DNA of 54,024 bases from the IMG/VR virus record IMGVR_UViG_3300027741_000087, positions 1-54,024 of that record. The stretch is one strand, 5' to 3'. Shown in pieces: positions 35,840-43,970 of this stretch. The stretch comes from a virus. Its lineage: Duplodnaviria; Caudoviricetes. The first letter of the stretch is position 1. Each line of letters opens with the position of its first letter. The translations under genes were made by a program, and so were the position numbers. The notes beneath the pieces were generated by a model. That model was given only the letters and a program-made list of their open reading frames with translations. It was not told where the DNA came from and searched no databases.

Positions 35840-36733
35840 ATGCCTATCTCGCAATCTACATATACATCTTTAGTAACAGCTAAGAGCGCTAGCTGGAGTT
35901 CGAATTTTTATAGTCTCTCTACAGCTAAACTTGCAAGTACCTTCGCTAACTACACAGTGAACTTTATTCAAACCCTTTCCGGTTTTTCAGCTTCTAATGT
36001 GCTTATGGCAACATCGATTTGCGCTGATGATGTCTGTGCTCTTTCAGCTTCAGGTAATATAGGTCAATTTCCTCGCGAAGCAATGAAATTTCTCGGGCCC
36101 TTTAGTTCGTCAGGGCTAGCGGGGTATCCGCATTATGGTATTACAGGTGTTTTTGCTTGGGCTACGCATATTACTGATGGTGGCGCGCTCTTTATTCTTG
36201 TTGCTCCTCACATTGGTGTAGCTTCAACTGGAGCTGTAGGTCAGATATATCGCAGAGGCCAAACAGCTCCTTCTAGTACATGCGGTGCTGTCAGTGTGGC
36301 TGTATCAGCTGTAGTAGCTGCAGCGACCCTTCCTCTCTCTAGTTCAAATAATAATAGCTGGTCTGGTGCTAGTTGGCATCCTAACGATTTCCAGCAATGG
36401 ACCTTAACAAAGGAGTTATATCCCTTACGTACTACGTTGTCGAGCGCCACTACAGCAAATCAAATGCTTATTGCCACGAAGACAATTCTCGATGCAGCAT
36501 CAGCTGTAGTTACAAATGTAGTAGTACCGTCTGCTTATAACGCTTATTTCACTGGCGGTTCTACAGTTACAAGTAGAACTACTCCAATCTTCACTTGCTT
36601 TGGTACATTCGTTAATGTTGATGATGGATACCAGGCTTATATAGCTCCCATCGCGTTCAAGAGATATGATGGAGTAACAGGTTGGGTTGATTATACCGCT
36701 AGCTACTTGAGCGGTTTGAATAGCTTAACCTAG
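35840..36733 (+). CDS. Second LCIB-like (theta-class) carbonic anhydrase domain protein
   Basis: SICADD, GLAGYPH.G.TG, HITDGG, APHIGV, RRGQ, STCGA. Confidence 0.8.
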   Translation: MPISQSTYTSLVTAKSASWSSNFYSLSTAKLASTFANYTVNFIQTLSGFSASNVLMATSICADDVCALSASGNIGQFPREAMKFLGPFSSSGLAGYPHYGITGVFAWATHITDGGALFILVAPHIGVASTGAVGQIYRRGQTAPSSTCGAVSVAVSAVVAAATLPLSSSNNNSWSGASWHPNDFQQWTLTKELYPLRTTLSSATTANQMLIATKTILDAASAVVTNVVVPSAYNAYFTGGSTVTSRTTPIFTCFGTFVNVDDGYQAYIAPIAFKRYDGVTGWVDYTASYLSGLNSLT

Positions 36734-36773
36734 AGTGACAATGCGGTGCTCTAACCAACTGAGCTACAATCCC
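36734..36773 (-). pseudogene. 5' half of tRNA-Asp(GUC)
   Basis: GGGATTG-TAGCTCAGTTGGTTAGAGC-A-CCGCA-TTGTCAC-T, then an abrupt end at the TAG of the converging gene. Confidence 0.8.
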
Positions 36774-36778
36774 TAAAA

Positions 36779-37222
36779 TGGTGGAGGTGTCGGCATACGA
36801 TAGCCGAGTCCACATCTTTTTCAACTTACACAATCTACATGTTTTGGTAAATTTGAGATTTGATTGACTACAGGCTCTCATGGCTTACCAACCTATCTTT
36901 TTTAGTCTACCTGACATGGTGAAGAGTCCATGCCCACCCTCTACGTTTATTTTACGAGTGTCGTAGATACCACTCTAACCTATTGCGATTCACCGAAAGA
37001 GTTAATAGGATTACTTTCGGTTCTTATGCTGCGAGAAGGTACTCTTCCTCAACACCACCGAGAAACTCGGCAGCATTGTTGAAGATGTATTCAGCTTCAG
37101 CTAAGATAGCATCAGTATTATCTTCTGCATTTATCTTTTAGTCTATTTTTAAAGTGTACCGTCTTAGACCAACCACTACATGCAGTGTAGTATCCAACTA
37201 TGTGTCGAATCCTTTCACCCCC
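36779..37222 (-). ncRNA. ssrA: tmRNA, tag ORF 37128..37024
   Basis: 5' GGGGGTGAAAGGATTCGAC, 3' CACCTCCACCA with G3:U pair; ATAAAT-GCA resume context; tag ends LLAA-stop. Confidence 0.92.
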
Positions 37223-37231
37223 AAAAATTAT

Positions 37232-37244
37232 TTATCAAAGATCA
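37232..37244 (-). promoter_or_regulatory. boxA-like antitermination element before the tmRNA/tRNA array
   Basis: TGATCTTTGATAA resembles rrn boxA; overlaps an ATAAATA motif. Confidence 0.4.
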
Positions 37245-37357
37245 ATACATGTTTTTAACACTCTCGTAAGCGGTAGTTTACATTTAGTAATTATTGCATT
37301 GAGCGTTCTTATGTATGTTTGTATATATTAAATGATATTACGAACAATTCAACTTCT

Positions 37358-37996
37358 TTATTTGTTATCTATAATAGTTGATGGTGTATGTATGGGGATT
37401 TGTTCAGCTTCTGTTGTATAATTTATATTAATAGCAACTCTTCTCGGTACAAGTGTTGGTGTGTACCCGCTGTGATATCGTAAACCTTCGAAGATTAGCA
37501 TTCGATTAGCTCTTGGCGAGACTGTTTCACATATTGTTAGCTTAGGTGGTGTGGCCTGAGTTATATATTTATCCCTTTCAACCATAGCAAGAGAGGGCAC
37601 GTAACGTTCATTATAGAGAACGGTATCACCGTCGGAATCATTTAAATAGATGAGAGCTGTACGATGTGGTACGGTGTGGTCTACGTGATAGCCAAAGTCG
37701 TAATTATTATCCGCTACTGTATTCATTATACAGCGCACACGTAGTATAGATGTAATTTTTTCACCAGCATAGTGTAACGCCATTCGAACAGAGCGCTCTA
37801 TAATACCATGTGGGTCATATATAAGAGCACCATCAAGAATAACCGGTTTTACAAAAGCAAATTGATGCAAATTAACTACCGTCTCTGATTCTTTAGCAAC
37901 GCGTCCGTAATGCCATGGAAAATCAAACTGCATGATTTCATCGTGTAAATTCTTAAATTCCTGCGCTGGTAAAATATTATCAAGTACCTTAATCAT
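37358..37996 (-). CDS. 2OG-Fe(II) oxygenase
   Basis: HVD, IYLNDSDGDT, NRMLIF.G..YH, R..ININY. Confidence 0.85.
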   Translation of the reverse strand: MIKVLDNILPAQEFKNLHDEIMQFDFPWHYGRVAKESETVVNLHQFAFVKPVILDGALIYDPHGIIERSVRMALHYAGEKITSILRVRCIMNTVADNNYDFGYHVDHTVPHRTALIYLNDSDGDTVLYNERYVPSLAMVERDKYITQATPPKLTICETVSPRANRMLIFEGLRYHSGYTPTLVPRRVAININYTTEAEQIPIHTPSTIIDNK

Positions 37997-38025
37997 CTAT
38001 AAGATATATTATAGTACCTTTATGT

Positions 38026-38673
38026 TTAAATCAAGTCAGCTAGTAGTTTACTTACAAGACTGTCAAAGGACTCAGCTTGTATTGAATGCTTGTTAATAAA
38101 CTCATTAAGTTGTATTTTTGCTTGTTCAAGCTTAGGTGTGAGATATGTGTATATGTCTTTAACACTATCAGTTCTCATCTCAATAGATATACCACCTGCA
38201 TCTCTCCAAGCCTGTATGTATGGTGGGAAATCGTCAATTAAAATGTTCGGTGTACTGTTATCACCGACAGCGTAGATGGATTTTTTCTTTGGAAAAAACA
38301 TTTCATTTGGTTGGATATTTAAATGTTTTTTAAGCCAAATTATTTTGCCTGCTTCCGACGCTCTCCAGTCAATACTCGCAGGGTGGGAGCAGATATAAAA
38401 CCCTTCTTCAAACACATCATTATTGTTCTTTGTAAAATCTACAACAAGCTTTACTATATCGTTCGTTTTACTGAACGGTTCGAGATTAGCAAAAAACTCC
38501 TTTACTTCACCAAACCGTTTTTTAAATTCATTAACATCTACCCAGATTATTTTCGCTTCCCGCTTCTCTTCGGCTGTTAATACCTTATATTCCTTGTTGT
38601 ACAGCTTGTGGCTGATTGTGTTGAATAAATCAGCTAACAAACCATCCATATCTAGAAATATCTTACTCTTCAT
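38026..38673 (-). CDS. 5'(3')-deoxyribonucleotidase (HAD, NT5C-like)
   Basis: IFLDMDG.LAD, K..WL..H, ILIDD, W...GG. Confidence 0.85.
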   Translation of the reverse strand: MKSKIFLDMDGLLADLFNTISHKLYNKEYKVLTAEEKREAKIIWVDVNEFKKRFGEVKEFFANLEPFSKTNDIVKLVVDFTKNNNDVFEEGFYICSHPASIDWRASEAGKIIWLKKHLNIQPNEMFFPKKKSIYAVGDNSTPNILIDDFPPYIQAWRDAGGISIEMRTDSVKDIYTYLTPKLEQAKIQLNEFINKHSIQAESFDSLVSKLLADLI

Positions 38674-38923
38674 GTTTTATAGGTTTTTCACAAAGTATGA
38701 CTGTAAATCTGTATAGAAAATATCCCTTAAAATGACGGTTTATAAAAAATAGCATCGATTGTACGACGAGCTTGTCTTCGATTTCAATAATTCTCGCTGT
38801 CTGTTCTTTTAAATGATCTTCAGCTTGTTTAGATGTAGCAAAATAACCGCTCCACTTAATGATATTATTGTTATATGTTGGCACTAAACCAGTAGGCTCT
38901 AGGTGAGTGTTAATAAGTGTCAT
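38663..38923 (-). CDS. Hypothetical protein
   Basis: TATAAATA at 38930..38937 directly upstream. Confidence 0.6.
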   Translation of the reverse strand: MTLINTHLEPTGLVPTYNNNIIKWSGYFATSKQAEDHLKEQTARIIEIEDKLVVQSMLFFINRHFKGYFLYRFTVILCEKPIKHEE

Positions 38924-39043
38924 GTATATTATTTATACTTTATTTGCAGCTTTTGAGTCTATGGCTTGTGTTGATATTATAGACAAACGAAGATTACCCT
39001 ATCGATACCCCATTTGTCTACTTCAGTTACTATTCGTTAAAAT

Positions 39044-39691
39044 TTAACTCCAAAAGAAATGCCGATATTTTATCAGTTGAGTTAAGATTTCTGTATCTTT
39101 ATCCTGAATAAGTTGCTCAAGACGATTAACCTCACCATATTTTTCCTCGTATGTTTTACCGTCGTCTACCATCTTTAGCATTTTTACCTTTCCTCTTTCA
39201 TCTGTTTCACACGGTACAAACATCTCATTAAGAGGACGGAGTGGTGGGTAGGCGTTATCCATGTCTTTTTCAAGCTGTGGACGTTCAATAGTAATATAGT
39301 CGTAAGCTGACTCTAGCCAACGAGCAAACTCTACAGCATGCTCTCCTGTTCCCTCCCAATCTGTATGCCCGTGAAGATATTCTCCTTCATAGAACCCTTT
39401 AATAAATTCAAAATTTACTGTCTCAATAAGAGAAGAAACATCAGACCATGTTTTAGGAATAATTTTACGATAACGTACGTTCTGTGGGCAGAAAATAGGT
39501 TTAATTTTTTCGTAGTAATAAACATCAGCCCAACGAGGAACAAAAGGAATTAACTGCCAGACCTTTCTTACACCAAACTTATCGTACAAAAAGTCATTAA
39601 ACTTACAGCGAAATGATTTTTTATAAGCCTCCATATCAGCAAAATCACAGCGAAGCTTGTGATTCCGTGCTTCAAATTTCTCAGGTATCAT
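39044..39691 (-). CDS. Conserved phage hypothetical protein
   Basis: 215-aa ORF ending KDTEIL..LIK.R.FFW. Confidence 0.7.
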   Translation of the reverse strand: MIPEKFEARNHKLRCDFADMEAYKKSFRCKFNDFLYDKFGVRKVWQLIPFVPRWADVYYYEKIKPIFCPQNVRYRKIIPKTWSDVSSLIETVNFEFIKGFYEGEYLHGHTDWEGTGEHAVEFARWLESAYDYITIERPQLEKDMDNAYPPLRPLNEMFVPCETDERGKVKMLKMVDDGKTYEEKYGEVNRLEQLIQDKDTEILTQLIKYRHFFWS

Positions 39692-39692
39692 A

Positions 39693-39818
39693 CTAGTACT
39701 TCTTTACAAGCTTTCCCTTAACCTTAGCAAATCCTTCCACTTTACCAGTTGTCTTAGGAAAGTTTGCTTGGTATTGTTTAATGTTTTGTACGCGTGATTT
39801 GTCGCCCTTGCCAGCCAT
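39693..39818 (-). CDS. 41-aa basic peptide (MAGKGDK...)
   Basis: Fills the gap between operonic genes; AGKGDK.R motif. Confidence 0.55.
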   Translation of the reverse strand: MAGKGDKSRVQNIKQYQANFPKTTGKVEGFAKVKGKLVKKY

Positions 39819-39836
39819 ATTGTTTTCTTGTTATAA

Positions 39837-40748
39837 TTAATGTATAGTGATAATAGCTTCTACCTTATTCACTTTCCACTTAGATTTAGATCCACGTAGT
39901 TTATTTTTCAACAATCTACCTTCGACAGTAAGCTCACGAAGAAGATAACTAGCGCGGGTAGCATCGATATTAAGTTTTGCGCAAACATCTGCTACTGTAA
40001 ACCGACCTTCCATGGAAAGGATCTGCTCACGAGCTGCGTCTTTCTTTTCAGCCTTTTTAGACTTCTTTTCTTCGTCATTATTTGAAGTATCGACAGACGT
40101 AAAGTCATAACCACCACCGGTAAAAGAGCAGGTGTAGTCGATGCCCGGGCCAAATCGGTTTTTACTAAAAGAAATTCGGCGATGGGTTGGCATTTCACCA
40201 ATCTCTACGTTCATATTAACGTCAACAGCGTAGGTGAGAAGGTTTGTCCCACGCATTACGCCTCCCTTTGTTAGGTGGCAGATGATGATAACAGCGCATT
40301 CTGTTGCTTTTGCATGCTGTACAAGAATTTCTATAGCTCTCTTCTCGTCAAGGTTGCCTTTATCGACGGCTTGGAAGGAATCAATAACAATCATCTCCAT
40401 ACCATTCATAATTTGAAGAATGTTCTTGAATTTACTCTCGTTACAGATACCAACATCCTCAATACCGAGTCGACGACATGCAAACGCGATCTGGTGGATA
40501 GATTCTTCAGCGCTTATATATCCAACTCGACGTCCATTCTTTACCATTCCGTTAAGAATCTGAAGAGCCATCGTAGACTTACCCACACCGGCCTTAGAGG
40601 ATAAGGTAATTGTGGAACCAGGGAGAACACCGCCTCCAAACATCTCATCGACTTCAGAGATAGAAGATTTGACCCTCCTGTTGTAAATATCGGGGATTGT
40701 AATATCTTTAACTGCTATGAATTCGGTGGTAGTAATATTAAGTTTCAT
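39837..40748 (-). CDS. radA: RadA/Sms-like RecA-fold ATPase with C-terminal winged-helix-like domain
   Basis: Walker A AGVGKST, Y.SAEES, IDSFQ, H.TK.G, KNRFG; lacks Zn finger and Lon-like domain. Confidence 0.75.
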   Translation of the reverse strand: MKLNITTTEFIAVKDITIPDIYNRRVKSSISEVDEMFGGGVLPGSTITLSSKAGVGKSTMALQILNGMVKNGRRVGYISAEESIHQIAFACRRLGIEDVGICNESKFKNILQIMNGMEMIVIDSFQAVDKGNLDEKRAIEILVQHAKATECAVIIICHLTKGGVMRGTNLLTYAVDVNMNVEIGEMPTHRRISFSKNRFGPGIDYTCSFTGGGYDFTSVDTSNNDEEKKSKKAEKKDAAREQILSMEGRFTVADVCAKLNIDATRASYLLRELTVEGRLLKNKLRGSKSKWKVNKVEAIITIH

Positions 40749-40800
40749 TGGTGTTGTTATTATTTTTTTATAATAAAGGAACGAGAAAAGGAATACAAGC

Positions 40801-41103
40801 TTATTTCCCGTTTATTTCTAAAGCGCGTTTGAGGAAATCAAAACCAAGTTCAATAGTAATTCCGTGAATACCAAGTTCTTTTCGAACTTCGGCGACAGTT
40901 TTTCCTTTCTTTAGCAAAGTTAGTGCATCTCGACAAATATAGTGCTTAAGGAATTCTTCCTTTGAACCAGCTTTTTTTGCCTTTTCTTCAAGATATTCAC
41001 TGTTTGTCGGTCGTTCTTTACCTGTAACAATGCATACAAGAGTATTTGGATCTCTTGCGATGCTTTTTTTAAATCTTTTATTAATTTCGTCTGCGTTAAG
41101 CAT
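40801..41103 (-). CDS. Hypothetical protein (C..TG family), paralog of 42055..42639
   Basis: L.C.VTG.E...KK.G....F...Y....A..LLK......EV...L shared; TTGCAG/TATACT promoter upstream. Confidence 0.65.
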   Translation of the reverse strand: MLNADEINKRFKKSIARDPNTLVCIVTGKERPTNSEYLEEKAKKAGSKEEFLKHYICRDALTLLKKGKTVAEVRKELGIHGITIELGFDFLKRALEINGK

Positions 41104-41183
41104 GTTTTTATAGTATAGAAAAAAATACGGAACTGCAAGTCTCAAACCGTTTGAGCTCTTTAAATATAAAAAGTTGAACAAAG

Positions 41184-41221
41184 AAAACCGGTAATTAAAT
41201 TATTGAAATAATTACCGGTTT
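41184..41221 (-). terminator. Intrinsic terminator
   Basis: AAACCGGTAATTA...TAATTACCGGTTT stem with U-tract on the minus strand. Confidence 0.7.
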
Positions 41222-41243
41222 AGCTTTGGTGTTATTATCTGTA

Positions 41244-41438
41244 TTACGCAACAGTAATATTGTTTGTAATTAGTGCCTGGCGAAGATCCCTGGCATCGAT
41301 ACGCTTAACCGTACGGCGGTACTGGTTGGCGCGATTGAGAACGCGAGCCTTCTTGACGGTAAAGGAACCGTCGCGATTGCGGAGCATCTCAACAAAAAAC
41401 GTCTTAGGACGAAGATTCTTGTTATTGTAGTTGATCAT
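41244..41438 (-). CDS. 64-aa basic protein with very strong Shine-Dalgarno
   Basis: AAAGGAGGTGA at 41456..41446, 7 nt from ATG. Confidence 0.75.
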   Translation of the reverse strand: MINYNNKNLRPKTFFVEMLRNRDGSFTVKKARVLNRANQYRRTVKRIDARDLRQALITNNITVA

Positions 41439-41495
41439 TGTTATTTCACCTCCTTTCGTTTGTATTTCAAAATAATGAATGCTTTAAAAAAGTAA

Positions 41496-41699
41496 TCAAG
41501 CATTAACTTTAAAATTTTCCGGAAGCTCAATCTCTTCAGGAGCAGGGAGGGTAAGAACGTCGGTCTTTGCTTTACGGCTTGTAGACTTACGACGGTACCC
41601 TACAAGATAGTGTTTACCGTCGTTCGTACTCTTAATAACAGGTACAAGGCGACCTTGTTTAATCAGTTTCTCGATGGTTTTTGGTGATATCTTGCTCAT
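41496..41699 (-). CDS. Hypothetical basic protein
   Basis: ORF track. Confidence 0.6.
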   Translation of the reverse strand: MSKISPKTIEKLIKQGRLVPVIKSTNDGKHYLVGYRRKSTSRKAKTDVLTLPAPEEIELPENFKVNA

Positions 41700-41716
41700 A
41701 GATTTATTAAATGATA

Positions 41717-41968
41717 TTATAAGTCGCCGTTTTCGGCAATCTTTTTTTCTTCGTACGGTGCAACTTGCTTTCGATAAAATTCAAGCTTACAACTTTCGAG
41801 AGCACCAATGATATCGTTGAGTGTTTGATAACATTTTCCGTTATCATCCATATAGTCGTTACAAATCATCGTGAGGGTATAGTTGAGTTCCCCGGCTGTA
41901 TTAATTTCTGGAATGTTGCAGAACATATCCGTAAACTTTGATCTATCTTCTTGTTTAATATAAGGCAT
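41717..41968 (-). CDS. Conserved phage small protein (MPYI...GELNY...YE..K...NGD family)
   Basis: Characteristic motif string. Confidence 0.75.
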   Translation of the reverse strand: MPYIKQEDRSKFTDMFCNIPEINTAGELNYTLTMICNDYMDDNGKCYQTLNDIIGALESCKLEFYRKQVAPYEEKKIAENGDL

Positions 41969-42054
41969 TTTTCAAACGTAGAGTTATTTTTTTATAAAAT
42001 CAAGAAAAAAATAATATTTGCATTACTTTTAAGCATACATAATATAATAGATTG

Positions 42055-42639
42055 ATGAAACGCAAAGTTAAAAAAACAAGCTCCAAGCCTCAAGCTAGTG
42101 GTTCATCTAAGCGCAAGCCTAAGGAGATTGCTTCAAGAGGTGATAGTATTACTATTAAAAGCAGGCTACTATCATGTACTGTTACAGGTATTGAAAAGCG
42201 TGTATCCAAGGGCGGTATAGTAAAAGGTATAAAGAAGTTTGGCGATTTAGCGACCTTCATGGAGAACTATGTATCGAATGAGGCTAAGCGATTACTTAAA
42301 CAGCGAATCTCTCCTGAGGAAGTACAAAGACAACTGCGTCCAACGCATCTCAAACCGTTTGAAATCAATCACAAATCACTGCTCAGGCAAAAACTTCTTA
42401 AAAAACCACGTCATAAAAAACTGTCAGAAGAAGAAGCCACAGCGACGGTTAAGGCCTGGAAGCCGGCGGAGCGTAGATCGTATTCTACTACAGCGGAATT
42501 TGTTTCTGATAATACAAGGAACGGTTCCTGCATTGCACCAGCTCTGTACCTTGATTCCGGTCGCGTGTGTGATACGTGCCCGTATACAAAATGGTGTCAG
42601 TCAACAGCTAAGCAATTTTCTAAGCAGTATAAGGGTTAA
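42055..42639 (+). CDS. Hypothetical basic protein with C-terminal Cys cluster
   Basis: CIAP...CDTCPY...C; N-terminal half paralogous to 40801..41103. Confidence 0.65.
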   Translation: MKRKVKKTSSKPQASGSSKRKPKEIASRGDSITIKSRLLSCTVTGIEKRVSKGGIVKGIKKFGDLATFMENYVSNEAKRLLKQRISPEEVQRQLRPTHLKPFEINHKSLLRQKLLKKPRHKKLSEEEATATVKAWKPAERRSYSTTAEFVSDNTRNGSCIAPALYLDSGRVCDTCPYTKWCQSTAKQFSKQYKG

Positions 42640-43799
42640 TATCCTTCGTAGGTCTTTGAATATTTTACACGACGTAGGTGGTCTTCCTGATCACAAAGAA
42701 GTGGTTTAGTTTCTATTTTTTCCCATCGCATTGAAAACACAATAATAATATCGCCAATTTCCATTAAAAATGCTAAGAGAAAGCAAACAAGAGCCGTTAT
42801 ATCAGCATTAATTAGAGCGGTAAACGAAACCTTGATAATATTATCAGTACCAAGAATCTTAACAGGGATAAATTTTGTATTGAGATTGGAGGCGATAGAT
42901 GAAATAAGACTGTTAGCTTCTATAACAGAGGAATCGAGTTCTTTAAAATTGTTAACAGTATTGATACTCTTTTTACATAAAATAATTTTATCACCGAGCA
43001 AACTATTTGATTTTTCTAATGCTTGTAGTTTTTGTTGCGTTTCTATATCTATAGCGTCGGCTTGTTTTTTAAATTCTGCTTTAGCACTTTGCATTTCTAT
43101 GTCGGATTGCGCTTGAAGTCTGCGTGCTTGGGACTGGAGTTCTTTCGTTCGAGGACCTTCACCTGCCTTTCCTTTAACACCTTGTCGCTCATCTATAACT
43201 TCCTGATTTGCATCTTCAATTTGTTTTTTAAGATCTATAGTTTTCGATAGCAAAGTCTTTTCAACAGCAGCTTTTTGTTCTTGTGATTGTTTGTTAATGT
43301 CTAGTGATTGCAGCTGTACAGCTTTTTTTGACTCTGCTTCAAAATATGACAAAGTTTCAGTTATTTGTATTTTGCTATTTTTGAGACTATCTTGTACGCC
43401 TGTCTCGGAGTATAAGCCTGCAAAGTCAAAAATAGTTGGTAGTAGGCTTAAAAATAAGCTCAACAGCGCTGCTTTAAGCGGATACTCTTTCCGACCGAAT
43501 AGTATTATTTTAACGCAATAAGGTAAGCCTACTACAGCAAAGCTTGCTAGAGTAACTAATAGCCAGTGCCATGTCAGGAGAATAGCGTTTAATGCGTGAA
43601 ATGCAAAACAATATGCAACAAAAATAATAAACCAATACACTATATCAATGCCACAGGCTGCAATCTTGCTATTGGTATTAAATCCGAAAATAGTATGGTA
43701 TTGTAGCTGTACCGTATCATCAGATATGGCATTTCGCTGGAATAATTTTGTAATAACCTTCACCCTATTATTTAATAGAGCACAAGAACGCGCGTACAT
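42636..43799 (-). CDS. Membrane-anchored coiled-coil protein (DUF4407-like); start uncertain
   Basis: Three N-terminal TM segments, coiled coil with E..G..GKAG.GP, C-terminal TM segment. Confidence 0.6.
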   Translation of the reverse strand: MYARSCALLNNRVKVITKLFQRNAISDDTVQLQYHTIFGFNTNSKIAACGIDIVYWFIIFVAYCFAFHALNAILLTWHWLLVTLASFAVVGLPYCVKIILFGRKEYPLKAALLSLFLSLLPTIFDFAGLYSETGVQDSLKNSKIQITETLSYFEAESKKAVQLQSLDINKQSQEQKAAVEKTLLSKTIDLKKQIEDANQEVIDERQGVKGKAGEGPRTKELQSQARRLQAQSDIEMQSAKAEFKKQADAIDIETQQKLQALEKSNSLLGDKIILCKKSINTVNNFKELDSSVIEANSLISSIASNLNTKFIPVKILGTDNIIKVSFTALINADITALVCFLLAFLMEIGDIIIVFSMRWEKIETKPLLCDQEDHLRRVKYSKTYEGY

Positions 43800-43970
43800 C
43801 TTCTCTTAACCCTGGTAGGGTTCTATCAACTATGTATGCTATAACCGCTAAAAGCAGCTTCATATTCGTATCATTGACACATTAATATTTATAGCTATAA
43901 AAATACAAAGTCTAGATATTAAATTATCCCTATTAATCTTAATTCACCAACATAAATAATCACATAAGCT

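Noticed and set aside
36699-36881. 60-aa ORF
   Set aside because: Overlaps the tmRNA 3' end and the tRNA-Asp fragment
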